From: a virus
Reading direction: 5' to 3' (one strand)
DNA: 64,000 nt
IMG/VR virus record: IMGVR_UViG_3300042330_000854
Coordinates: 44,077 to 108,076 of that record
Made by a program: the position numbers and the translations under genes. Position 1 is the stretch's first letter, and the number at the start of each line of letters is the position of its first letter. Of the stretch, positions 38,346-47,822 are shown in pieces. A model generated the notes under the pieces. The model was given only the letters and a program-made list of their open reading frames with translations. It made no database searches and was not told where the DNA came from.

Positions 38346-38963
38346 TTAAATCCATAATCCTAAATATTCTAATTTTAAAGACTCAATTTGTGATGTTGGA
38401 ACAGCAATCCCTTGCAAATAAAAATTTTCTGAAATTGCATCTTTTTCATCTTTTCCACGTTGAAATTTAAAACGGCGCTTTTTTAGTCCAGAATAAATAT
38501 CTCCCAAATCAGATTGAGTTAATTGATTGGTATTACCAATTTTAACAAATACATAAGGCGTTGCCGTTTCAATAGCATTAACAAATTTTTGATCACCAAA
38601 TAATAATGCTTCTTGATTGAATTGTTTTGCTAATTCAATTGCAAAATCTAAAAATTCACTTGGAGTTAAATTGGCTTTTGCCAATAAAGGCACAAAAAAA
38701 CTTAATTCTTCTACCTTGTTAGTTTCACCATTTTCTAAGGTTTCAATCCAGTGTCCAACCAATTGAATTCCGCCGTAACCTAATCGATTACGAACTTTAT
38801 TAATCAATTGATTAGTTCGTTTCAAATTTTCTTCTCGTGTAAATTCTGATCGAAATGCACTAAGAATAAAAAATTCTGTTGAATTCATAAAATGATAAAG
38901 ACGTGAAAGTTTTGCCCCACCAGTTTCATTAATTGAATTATCGCCAATTTTTTTAATTTTCAT
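38346..38963 (-). CDS. phage protein with SAFR...N..R...GHW.E...E.SFF...FNQE motifs (DUF3293-like)
   Basis: Motif pattern; AAGGAG SD. Confidence 0.55.
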   Translation of the reverse strand: MKIKKIGDNSINETGGAKLSRLYHFMNSTEFFILSAFRSEFTREENLKRTNQLINKVRNRLGYGGIQLVGHWIETLENGETNKVEELSFFVPLLAKANLTPSEFLDFAIELAKQFNQEALLFGDQKFVNAIETATPYVFVKIGNTNQLTQSDLGDIYSGLKKRRFKFQRGKDEKDAISENFYLQGIAVPTSQIESLKLEYLGLWI

Positions 38964-39026
38964 TAATTTTCTCCTTTAATATTTAATAAATTATATATGA
39001 AAAATTTTAATTTGTAAACCTAAAAA

Positions 39027-39326
39027 TTAGCTGTATTTTAACAACATTTCAATTTGAAAAGAATTGTCTTGATTTGGGTGATCTTTTAACCAATCATGAA
39101 TATTTTCATATCTTTTCCCATTTAAATAAAAATATTTAGTTCCATTTGATGCAATATATGCGGGTCCAGTTAATCGATGATAAGTATAACCTTTAACAAC
39201 CCATTCTTTTACACCTGTAATTAAGTTTTCAAGTGCTGGTGTTTGTTCATTTGGGGATGATATCTCAAACCAAAGAACTTTATCTGAAATAAATTTTTCA
39301 CCATCAATATAATAAATATATGTCAT
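39027..39326 (-). CDS. HRLTGPA-family protein, copy 11 (tail B)
   Basis: HRLTGPA...HPNQDNSFQIEMLLKYS. Confidence 0.9.
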   Translation of the reverse strand: MTYIYYIDGEKFISDKVLWFEISSPNEQTPALENLITGVKEWVVKGYTYHRLTGPAYIASNGTKYFYLNGKRYENIHDWLKDHPNQDNSFQIEMLLKYS

Positions 39327-39344
39327 TTCTTTTTAAATACTTTC

Positions 39345-39857
39345 ATGGATAATAATTTACTTGAAAAAATCGAAAATAATCCACACTTAAAAGATATTCT
39401 TGTTTCTTTAGAAGATGTATTGGATAATTTCGATATTTATGTTTATAAAAATTGGTATAAAGGAATATTAGTTAATGGTCCTTTATTTCGTCGCCATTGG
39501 ATTAGTATTATTTTAGAATATGATTTAGATAGTAAACCTGATCCTCTTTTTGCTGAAAGAGTTGAACCATTAGGTATTAAAATAAATACTAAAAAACGAA
39601 TAATAAAATTACAACAACCAAAACCACAATTATTAGTTAAACCTTTAGGAACAGAAGATAGCTTAACTGATTTAAACAATCAAGAAGAAAAAGAAACAAA
39701 AACAACTTGGCTTGTTGAACTTATGTTTCCTAAAAGATTAATTGGCGATGTTACAGGTTTGGATTTAGAACAATATGATCAACACTTTGATTTAAGCGAT
39801 TTAGAACAAGCAGAAGAACAAAATATTGATAATACAGCAATGGCAGAAGAACGATGA
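39345..39857 (+). CDS. late hypothetical protein
   Basis: TAAATA 5 nt upstream of ATG; YVYKNW..G..V.GP motif. Confidence 0.75.
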   Translation: MDNNLLEKIENNPHLKDILVSLEDVLDNFDIYVYKNWYKGILVNGPLFRRHWISIILEYDLDSKPDPLFAERVEPLGIKINTKKRIIKLQQPKPQLLVKPLGTEDSLTDLNNQEEKETKTTWLVELMFPKRLIGDVTGLDLEQYDQHFDLSDLEQAEEQNIDNTAMAEER

Positions 39858-40357
39858 TAACAGAAGGATTACATAATAAAGATTTGGAATATATGGTTAG
39901 ACCTGTTATTTCATTAGATGAATATATTAGTAAAATTGATACAACTGCAATTGTAGTTGGTTTTTATTGTGATGACCGCGATAGCGCTAATGATTTAAAT
40001 AAATTTATTCAACGTTGCCCAATAAACCTTTTAGATTCTGAAGTTTCATTAAGTCCAAACGCACAAGGCGAATATATGGTTTTTGTTGAATTTTTAAATA
40101 ATAAAAATTTGATTAATGAATTAAAAAAAGTATTTTCACATTTAAAAAACTTAACTAATATAAATGATTGGCAAATAAGATATAAAACTAAAACTTATTC
40201 AATTGATAATTTACAATTATCAGAAACTTTAACATATAATAATATTCAAAGATTTGATTTAATTGAATCTATTAGTTATAATAATAAATTGATTATGAAA
40301 TTAAAAAATGGCTATTTTGTTTTAGAAAATAACATTATTAGAAAGGTTATTAAATGA
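39854..40357 (+). CDS. hypothetical protein
   Basis: Coupled; IS.DEY.SKI...VFVEF. Confidence 0.75.
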   Translation: MITEGLHNKDLEYMVRPVISLDEYISKIDTTAIVVGFYCDDRDSANDLNKFIQRCPINLLDSEVSLSPNAQGEYMVFVEFLNNKNLINELKKVFSHLKNLTNINDWQIRYKTKTYSIDNLQLSETLTYNNIQRFDLIESISYNNKLIMKLKNGYFVLENNIIRKVIK

Positions 40358-40560
40358 TTGTAGATGTTCCTTTTGATCGAGCAACTGTATTAAAAACTCA
40401 ACCTTTGTTTAAACAAATTCATTTTGAATTAAAACCTGAATTAGAAAAATATTTAAATCACGCAAAAATAGAACATATCGTTGAAAACAAACATCATTTT
40501 ATCCGTTTTGTTTTCAACGATATTACAGATTTTACTGTTTTTGCATTGCAATTTAGTTAA
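40354..40560 (+). CDS. small protein ending RFVFNDITDFTVFALQFS
   Basis: Coupled ORF. Confidence 0.65.
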   Translation: MIVDVPFDRATVLKTQPLFKQIHFELKPELEKYLNHAKIEHIVENKHHFIRFVFNDITDFTVFALQFS

Positions 40561-41206
40561 TAGTTAATTTAACAATTTTCAAAATTTCATCAACAGGTTT
40601 TTTATATTGAACTATATTTCCTAAATTTTGTTCGTGTGGAATAAAATACCCAACTTTTACATTTTGATTAATTACAATGCTGTAAAAATATTTTGGAATA
40701 ACAACACCATTTATAGCGCCAATTTCACCATAAGTTCCTTTGATTACCAAAGAAGGAGTTTGACGATAAATTTTCTGAATTTCATTGTCAATGCGATTCC
40801 AAATTCCACGATTAAAATTTGGCAATTGAGGAACAATGTTACTCATCAGATATGTTTCTTTGCGTAATTGATTATTTCCACAAAAATCTTCATCTGAAAC
40901 CATATGTCCACGATCATAACCTGAATTAGAATAATTAGAACTTAAACTGCGCGAACCTGGAACAATTCGATCATCAATGATAAATTGATTGTTTTCACGA
41001 ACCGAACATTTACCCCAATCTTTTCCTAAAAAAGCAACAAATTCAGGAATCTTTTTTCTATTATTATATCCAACTTCATAACCTTGATTACAAAGTAATA
41101 CAATTTGATCAGTTGATTGGATATCGTACTTTAAACCCAAATTACATGTTTGGGCTAAAGATAAATTACTAAACAATAATACAACAAAAAACAAAACATA
41201 TTTCAT
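40553..41206 (-). CDS. secreted DNA/RNA non-specific endonuclease (NucA/EndA type)
   Basis: Signal peptide; YSNSGYDRGH; TYLMSNIVPQ..FNRGIW. Confidence 0.92.
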   Translation of the reverse strand: MKYVLFFVVLLFSNLSLAQTCNLGLKYDIQSTDQIVLLCNQGYEVGYNNRKKIPEFVAFLGKDWGKCSVRENNQFIIDDRIVPGSRSLSSNYSNSGYDRGHMVSDEDFCGNNQLRKETYLMSNIVPQLPNFNRGIWNRIDNEIQKIYRQTPSLVIKGTYGEIGAINGVVIPKYFYSIVINQNVKVGYFIPHEQNLGNIVQYKKPVDEILKIVKLTIN

Positions 41207-41342
41207 CGTTTTCTCCTTTAATGAATTTTCATCTTACCGATATTTTTTCTAATAATCAACAAAATAATTTAAAAATTTTTTCTCTTGTTTAAAAAAAGAT
41301 TGATGTTAAGATTTTCCAATAAACAAAAAGGAGGAATTTAAA

Positions 41343-41735
41343 ATGCGATTTAACGATAAACTTCAAAGAAAATTTTATCAATTAGAACGAGAAAAGCGTT
41401 TGGTGGAACAAAATTATCAATGCTTTTATTGTAAAGAAATTATCACTAAAAATGAAGTAACTGCCGATCATGTAATTCCAATTAAACAAACAAAACGACA
41501 TAGCGATTGTAATATTGTTGCTAGTTGCATAAATTGTAATAGAAAAAAAGCAGCAATGACAATTGACGAATTTAAAAATTATAATTTTAAAAAAGTTCCT
41601 AATGAACTAAAAGAATTTTTTGAAATTTTAGAAACAAGAACGCGCAAAGCAGAATTTAATCTTGATATTAAAACTCACTTTACAAGTTTTCGCCATTGGC
41701 AAACTTATTGGCAAAAAAGGAATAAATGGAAATGA
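41343..41735 (+). CDS. HNH endonuclease
   Basis: CFYC...TADHVIP...NIVASCINCN.KK. Confidence 0.9.
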   Translation: MRFNDKLQRKFYQLEREKRLVEQNYQCFYCKEIITKNEVTADHVIPIKQTKRHSDCNIVASCINCNRKKAAMTIDEFKNYNFKKVPNELKEFFEILETRTRKAEFNLDIKTHFTSFRHWQTYWQKRNKWK

Positions 41736-42067
41736 GTAAAGTTTTTTATATTGATGGAATGAAAGTACCAGATGATGAATTTCCAGTTACTCCTTGGGAA
41801 CTTATTTCTTCACCCGACGAAAACACACCTGCTTTTGAAAATTTAGAAACAGGTTTTAAATCTTGGTGCTTAAAACATTATGTCTTGCATCGATTAACTG
41901 GACCAGCAAGAATTTTACCAAATGGGGCTTGTCAATTTTATCTTAATGGTAAAAATTATGAAACCGTAAAAGAATGGATTGTGGATCATCCAAATCCCGA
42001 TTTATATTTTCATAAAATTGGTGTTTTTACAGAAACCGATAAAATTTTGTGGTTTTTACAAAATTAG
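41732..42067 (+). CDS. HRLTGPA-family protein, copy 12 (tail A)
   Basis: HRLTGPA...HPNPDLYFHKIGVFTETDKILWFLQN. Confidence 0.9.
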   Translation: MSKVFYIDGMKVPDDEFPVTPWELISSPDENTPAFENLETGFKSWCLKHYVLHRLTGPARILPNGACQFYLNGKNYETVKEWIVDHPNPDLYFHKIGVFTETDKILWFLQN

Positions 42068-42184
42068 TTTTAAAGCGATTTAAAGCCTATTAATCTAATT
42101 AGCTACCCAACTACCTAAATCAATTTAAAACTGCTGTAACATGCCTCTAAATGCAATTAAACACCTATTTGAAAGAAAATATAA
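42068..42184 (+). repeat. intergenic element X, copy 1 (imperfect inverted repeat)
   Basis: TTTTAAAGCGATTTAAAGCC...GCTGTAACATGCCTCTAA...CTATTTGAAA shared with 57400-57517. Confidence 0.85.
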
Positions 42185-42514
42185 ATGATCATTTATTATA
42201 TCGATGGCAAAAAATATATAGCTAAAAAATATCAAAATATTCCTATATATAAAATTTCTTCACCTGATGAAAATATACCTGCTTATGAAAATTTAGATTC
42301 AGGTTTTAAATATTGGTGTAAAAAAGGAGATATTTTTCATCGATTAACTGGGCCATCAACAATTTTGGCTGATGGAACAAATTATTTTTATCTTAATAAT
42401 AAAAGATATATGAATATTCGAGAATGGATTAATAACCATCCAAATCCAGATTTATACTTCGATGCAATTGGATTGAATGAAACCGATAAAGTTTTATGGT
42501 TTTTACAAAATTAA
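42185..42514 (+). CDS. HRLTGPA-family protein, copy 13 (tail A)
   Basis: HRLTGPS...HPNPDLYFDAIGLNETDKVLWFLQN. Confidence 0.9.
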   Translation: MIIYYIDGKKYIAKKYQNIPIYKISSPDENIPAYENLDSGFKYWCKKGDIFHRLTGPSTILADGTNYFYLNNKRYMNIREWINNHPNPDLYFDAIGLNETDKVLWFLQN

Positions 42515-42537
42515 AACTGATATTTGAAAGAAAATAA

Positions 42538-42852
42538 ATGACAATTATTTATTATATTGATGGTGAAAAATTTATTGTTGATGATTGGTTTAAAATTGAA
42601 AACATGCTATTTGATTTTTCTTCACCAAATGAAGAAACGCCCGCTTGGGAAAACTTAGAAACTGGTAAAAAAGTATGGTGCTTAAAAGGATATCGTTATC
42701 ATCGCTTAACAGGACCAGCAATTTATTGGGCATCTGGTGATTATTCTTTTGGGCTATATGGTATTTTTTATGATGATATTTATGATTGGTTAAAAATACA
42801 TCCAAATCAAGATAACTCTTTTCAAATTGAAATGTTGTTAAAATACACATAA
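42538..42852 (+). CDS. HRLTGPA-family protein, copy 14 (tail B)
   Basis: HRLTGPA...HPNQDNSFQIEMLLKYT. Confidence 0.9.
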   Translation: MTIIYYIDGEKFIVDDWFKIENMLFDFSSPNEETPAWENLETGKKVWCLKGYRYHRLTGPAIYWASGDYSFGLYGIFYDDIYDWLKIHPNQDNSFQIEMLLKYT

Positions 42853-42960
42853 TTTGATTATATGAATAAATTTTCTATTCATGGAGAGCCGCAGAAAACA
42901 AAGAAATATTGAGAGTGTTCGTACAACTGCAACTTAACAAAAATTAAATTTAAAAATTAC
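42853..42960 (+). repeat. intergenic element Y, copy 1
   Basis: 48-nt block AATAAATTTTCTATTCATGGAGAGCCGCAGAAAACAAAGAAATATTGA and 35-nt block TACAACTGCAACTTAACAAAAATTAAATTTAAAAA identical at 57830-57938. Confidence 0.9.
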
Positions 42961-42989
42961 TTGACAAAGATCAGAAAATTTTTAATATT
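42961..42989 (+). promoter_or_regulatory. early promoter cassette with no gene before the next terminator
   Basis: TTGACA...GAAAATTTT-TAATAT. Confidence 0.7.
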
Positions 42990-43006
42990 GGGTTCACGTC
43001 TAAATT

Positions 43007-43033
43007 AATGGGAGCTTATAATCTCCCATTTTT
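43007..43033 (+). terminator. intrinsic terminator
   Basis: AATGGGAG-loop-CTCCCATT-TTT. Confidence 0.75.
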
Positions 43034-43048
43034 CTTTTAAATATTCTT

Positions 43049-46000
43049 ATGTCAAATAGTTTAAAACAATCAGAATTATACGCGGCACAAGATTGGCGCA
43101 CACTTTATCAAGCATTTACAAATATTAATTTTAATGCAACTGATCCAGTTAGTATAAATCAAAGTTTACGTGAGTATGCACAAAAAGCTTATCCAGAAGA
43201 TTTTAATGATTGGAATGAAGCTTCTAGCTTTGTTGCTCATATAGATTTATTAAGTTGGTTAGCTGGTACAGTTGCTTTTCGTCAAGATGTTGCCGCAAGA
43301 GAAAATTTTCTTGAAACTGCGGAATCAAGAGAAAGTATTTTAAAATTAGCTAGATTTTTAAGTTATGTGCCAAGTAGAAATATTCCTTTACGTGGATTAG
43401 CTAAAATAGTTCAAATTCAATCAGATGATGATTTAATTGATTCAAGTGGTAATAATTTAAACAATCAAATTGTATTATGGAATGATCCTGATAATTTAGA
43501 TTGGTATGAACAATTTACTTTAATTATGAATTCGGCTTTTATTCAAACTAACCCGTTTGGTGTTCCATTAGAAACAGCAAATATTGGTAATATTAAAACA
43601 CAAAATTATCGCGTTAATACACCAAATACTGCATTGCCTTTATATGGTTTTCAATGTCAAGTTAATTCAAGAAATTTACCTTTTGAATTAACTACAGTTG
43701 ATATTTCAGCATCAAATGGATTTACAGAATTATTCCCAAGCAATAATAATAGTTTTCAATTAACTTATAGAAATGATGGTCAAGGTTTTGCCAGTAACAA
43801 TACTGGTTTTTTTGCATATTGGACTCAAGGTACTTTACAAAATCAAGTATTTAATATTGATAATCCAAGAGAAAATACTATTATAGATGTTAATGTTCCT
43901 AATATTAATAATAATGATATTTGGGTTGAAACAATTGATGAAAATGGAAATAGTTTAATCACTTGGACTAAAGTTCCCGGCTTGTTTACAGATAATGTTG
44001 TTTTTAATGCGGTTCCGCCAGCTAATAGAAATATTTTTCAAGTTATTACAAGAGATAATGATCAAATTTCATTAAAATTTTCTGATGGTTTATTTGGAAA
44101 TATCCCAACAGGCAGAATTAGAGTTTGGTATCGTGTTTCAAATGGTGATAATCAAATTTTATATCCAAAAGATATGACAAGAACAACTGTAACAATTCCT
44201 TATGTTAATTCTGCTGGATTATTAAAAAGATTATTTGTTTATTTTTCATTAACTTCATCAGTTGCAAATTCTGCACCTTCTGAAACTACAGAACAAATTC
44301 GTCGCAGAGCCAATCAAACATATTTGGCACAAGGAAGAATGGTTACTGGTGAAGATTATAATTTATTTCCATTGCAAACAAATTTAGCAACAAAAATAAA
44401 ATCGGTTAATAGAACTTATAGTGGACACAGTACATACTTGGATTTAAATGATCCAACTGGAAATCATAATACAGTAAACATTTTAGGTTCAGATGGTATT
44501 TTAGCTTATGAAATGGTTGAAGAATATAACGAATATTTTGATATTGGTAGCGTTGATATTGATTTAGTTATTGCTAATACATTAAATCAAATGTTAATTA
44601 AATCAACTGTAAAAACTTATATGCTAAATGAAATGAAAAAATTAAATATTATTCCAAGTACGCCGCTATATTGGAAAAATGTTATTGTTGATAATGATTC
44701 ATCATCTGGTGTTTTTTCAGATACAAGAAATTCTCAATATTTTCCTTTTTCTGTTGGCGTAGGTGTTGGTTTAGGTCAACAATTTATTTCATCAGGCAGT
44801 TATTTAATATTTGATGATAAAGTTTGTTATGTTAATAATTTATCAGGAAATGGAACAAATCAAGAACAAGGTGGAATTGTTGTACTTCCTGCCATTGAAA
44901 ATAATCGTGAATTAACACAAATTATTCCTGCTTGGAGAAATTCATTTAATGCTTTAGAATATTCAACATTAGTTTCTTTATTAACTAATCGTGCAAATAC
45001 TGAAATTTTTTGGGATTATTTAAGTCAAAATTATATTATAAGAGAAATTGTATTAAATCAACAAAATCCAATGAATAGTATTTTAATTGGTACTGTAAAA
45101 TACATAGGTAATAGTTGGTGTTTTACCTTGTTTGGTTTAAGAATGTTTTTTGAAAGTGTGCAAGAAACACGTTGGTATTTTGAAAATGAAAATTTAGGAT
45201 TAGACCCAAATACAGGTGAATTAAAAAGAGATACTATAACTTTATTACCTCAAAATTTAATAAAAATTGTAGGTGAAAATTGGCAACAAAATAAATCTTA
45301 TCAAAAAAATGATATTGTTTATTATAATAATCAAACTTTTGAATGCTTGACCAATCATGTTTCTGGTAATATCTTTGTTGAACAATTAACTGATATTGAT
45401 AGTTTAAAAGTAAATCCACAACCATTTGATGTAACTGTAACCAATATTGATGTTCCAGATATTTTCATTCCAAATAATACAAATATCGGCTATTTTGTAA
45501 GATTTTTAGAATTTACTGCAACATCATTAGAAGATGATAATGATATTTCTATTAATACAGTTGAAATAGAATTTAATATTCCAATATTAACTACAACTCA
45601 AACATTAGTTTTAAATCCAATTGTTCAAATTTTAGACGGCATTAATACAACAATTACTGCTAGAATTAATATTGATAACTTATCAGTTACTATTTCAATT
45701 GATGATATTGCTGTAACTGATATTTCAGGAACCGTTAATTTTTCATTTCCAACATTAACTTTTAATCGAGATGATTTAACAGAAACTAATTTACAAAATA
45801 ATCCTCTTAAAATATCAAATAATAGTGGAGAAGTTTATTATAAAAATACCCAAGAATTAACAGTTCCGCCATTTTCTATAATTAAAAATGTTGATTTGGG
45901 TGTTATTGAAATTGATCCAAGTAGTGAATTATCAATTACTACTTTATGGAAACCAATTGTTTATCAAAATAATAAAGAAAGTAATTTAGTTATTGAACGA

Positions 46001-47059
46001 TTATATGAATATTTGGATGGATATTCTGAACCAAGAAGAATTATTGTTAATTCAACAGATGAAAATAATGATGGGCAGTTAGATGAACCTTTTGTTTATT
46101 TGAAATATTTGGCTGAAAATAACGAAAATTTTAATTTATTATTTTGGGAAAAATACACAGATCAAAACGATTATGTTTATCGTAAACCTTTGATTGACGT
46201 TTGGGTGTTTGATTTATTATCGAGCAAAGACGATTATAATAGTATTTTAACTGGCGTTGCTCCAAGTGTTAATACTATTGCTTATGTTATTGAAAATAAA
46301 ACTTTTTGGAAATTTAATGTAGATAATGAATGGGAACAAATATCATCCGATAATTATTTTGTTGGTCAAGGTTATGGTTTGAATAACCCAAAATATTTTA
46401 TTACTGAAAATAATTTTTATAGTATCGATCCAAAAGGATTATATTATAGATGGAAACGATATGCTCCATTTGAAAATAGAATTGATCCTTCGGTTAGTAA
46501 TATAATTGATATTTTCGTATTATCAAATGAATATGATCAATTATATCGTAATTGGATCGGTTCTGGTGCTGACATTAATTCTCGCCCTATTCCACCAACT
46601 GCTACAGATTTAAAAATAGCTTTTTCTTCTTTTGAACAATTTAAAATGTTTTCTGATGAAATTGTTTGGCGACCTGTTATGTTTAAAGATATTTTTGGTG
46701 ATAGTTCTTTGCCTGAATATCAAGGTAAATTTGTTGTGGTAAAAAATCCAACTTCACAATTAAGTGATGGTGAAATTAAATCAAGAATTTTAAATGCAAT
46801 TGCTGAATTTTTTGATGCAAGTCGTTGGGATTTTGGCGAAACTTTTTATTTTCAAACAATGAGTGCTTATGTAATGTTAAGTTTAGCTACACACATTGAT
46901 AGCTTTACCGTTGTGCCAATGATGCAAAATAGTGCTTATGGTAATTTATTTGAAATGAAATGTAATTCAGATGAATTGTTTATTAGTACAGCACAACCAA
47001 AAGATATACAGTTTGTTAAATCAAATACTGCTGATATATTACGTGTTGGTAAAATATAA
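43049..47059 (+). CDS. baseplate wedge subunit (T4 gp6-like)
   Basis: RENFLETAESRESILKLARFLSYVPSR; FSDGLFGNIP.G.IRVWYR; ET.EQIRRRA...QGRMVTGEDY; WDFGETFYF. Confidence 0.9.
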   Translation: MSNSLKQSELYAAQDWRTLYQAFTNINFNATDPVSINQSLREYAQKAYPEDFNDWNEASSFVAHIDLLSWLAGTVAFRQDVAARENFLETAESRESILKLARFLSYVPSRNIPLRGLAKIVQIQSDDDLIDSSGNNLNNQIVLWNDPDNLDWYEQFTLIMNSAFIQTNPFGVPLETANIGNIKTQNYRVNTPNTALPLYGFQCQVNSRNLPFELTTVDISASNGFTELFPSNNNSFQLTYRNDGQGFASNNTGFFAYWTQGTLQNQVFNIDNPRENTIIDVNVPNINNNDIWVETIDENGNSLITWTKVPGLFTDNVVFNAVPPANRNIFQVITRDNDQISLKFSDGLFGNIPTGRIRVWYRVSNGDNQILYPKDMTRTTVTIPYVNSAGLLKRLFVYFSLTSSVANSAPSETTEQIRRRANQTYLAQGRMVTGEDYNLFPLQTNLATKIKSVNRTYSGHSTYLDLNDPTGNHNTVNILGSDGILAYEMVEEYNEYFDIGSVDIDLVIANTLNQMLIKSTVKTYMLNEMKKLNIIPSTPLYWKNVIVDNDSSSGVFSDTRNSQYFPFSVGVGVGLGQQFISSGSYLIFDDKVCYVNNLSGNGTNQEQGGIVVLPAIENNRELTQIIPAWRNSFNALEYSTLVSLLTNRANTEIFWDYLSQNYIIREIVLNQQNPMNSILIGTVKYIGNSWCFTLFGLRMFFESVQETRWYFENENLGLDPNTGELKRDTITLLPQNLIKIVGENWQQNKSYQKNDIVYYNNQTFECLTNHVSGNIFVEQLTDIDSLKVNPQPFDVTVTNIDVPDIFIPNNTNIGYFVRFLEFTATSLEDDNDISINTVEIEFNIPILTTTQTLVLNPIVQILDGINTTITARINIDNLSVTISIDDIAVTDISGTVNFSFPTLTFNRDDLTETNLQNNPLKISNNSGEVYYKNTQELTVPPFSIIKNVDLGVIEIDPSSELSITTLWKPIVYQNNKESNLVIERLYEYLDGYSEPRRIIVNSTDENNDGQLDEPFVYLKYLAENNENFNLLFWEKYTDQNDYVYRKPLIDVWVFDLLSSKDDYNSILTGVAPSVNTIAYVIENKTFWKFNVDNEWEQISSDNYFVGQGYGLNNPKYFITENNFYSIDPKGLYYRWKRYAPFENRIDPSVSNIIDIFVLSNEYDQLYRNWIGSGADINSRPIPPTATDLKIAFSSFEQFKMFSDEIVWRPVMFKDIFGDSSLPEYQGKFVVVKNPTSQLSDGEIKSRILNAIAEFFDASRWDFGETFYFQTMSAYVMLSLATHIDSFTVVPMMQNSAYGNLFEMKCNSDELFISTAQPKDIQFVKSNTADILRVGKI

Positions 47060-47083
47060 AGGGGAGCTAAATAGCTCCCCTTT
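47058..47083. terminator. bidirectional terminator
   Basis: AAAGGGGAGCTA-AA-TAGCTCCCCTTT. Confidence 0.8.
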
Positions 47084-47378
47084 ATTTTGAAATTTTAATT
47101 GTTTTAAAATATCTATATTCATCTAAATCACCTTCAATACTTTCATGTTGTTCAACTTTCCAACCATTGTTTTTCAGGTAATCAATAACAAGATCAATTA
47201 ACTCTTGATCATCATCAAAAATATCACCAAAAGTATCACCTTTAGAATTTCGTTCAACAAAATTAATAAGATGATAATAAAGTTGTGGTAAAATAATATT
47301 GAATTTATCATAAATCGTCATTGTAAATTCTCGATTTACAATGCTTTTAATATTTTCTCGTGATAAGTCATAATGCAT
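47082..47378 (-). CDS. hypothetical protein
   Basis: AAGGA SD. Confidence 0.7.
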   Translation of the reverse strand: MHYDLSRENIKSIVNREFTMTIYDKFNIILPQLYYHLINFVERNSKGDTFGDIFDDDQELIDLVIDYLKNNGWKVEQHESIEGDLDEYRYFKTIKISK

Positions 47379-47396
47379 TTTTGTTTCCTTCTTTTA

Positions 47397-47762
47397 TTAA
47401 TTTAACATATCATTATAACCAAATAAATTAGTCATTTTTGATTTAAAAGATTCACTTTTATTTGGGTGATCTTTAAGCCAATCTTGTAAATTATTATAAT
47501 AACATTTATCATTTAAATAAAATTCATATGTTGCATTATAGCGAATAGCTGCTGGTCCAGTTAAGCGATGAAATTTATTTCCTTTTAAACACCAAATTTT
47601 TTCACCTGTTTTTAAATTTTCAAAAGCAGGTGTATTTTCATTTGGTGATGAAATTTTATACCAAGGAATTACCAAATAATTATCGCTTGAAAATTTCTTA
47701 CCATCGATATAGTAAATATATCGATTATTTTTTTTAAATAAATTAAAAATGTATTTTAACAT
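47397..47762 (-). CDS. HRLTGPA-family protein, copy 15 (tail B variant)
   Basis: SSPNENTPAFE...HRLTGPA...HPNKSESF. Confidence 0.88.
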   Translation of the reverse strand: MLKYIFNLFKKNNRYIYYIDGKKFSSDNYLVIPWYKISSPNENTPAFENLKTGEKIWCLKGNKFHRLTGPAAIRYNATYEFYLNDKCYYNNLQDWLKDHPNKSESFKSKMTNLFGYNDMLN

Positions 47763-47789
47763 AATATTTTATCCTTCTTGTATTATTTT

Positions 47790-47818
47790 ATAATAGAAAA
47801 TTTTTTATAATTTGTCAA
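47790..47818 (-). promoter_or_regulatory. early promoter cassette
   Basis: TTGACA-17-TATTAT with AAAATTTTC. Confidence 0.85.
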
Positions 47819-47822
47819 CTAA

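Noticed and set aside
42068-42184. Canonical integron attC site
   Set aside because: No RYYYAAC/GTTRRRY core pair at the ends and no integrase in the window; kept only as an analogous hairpin
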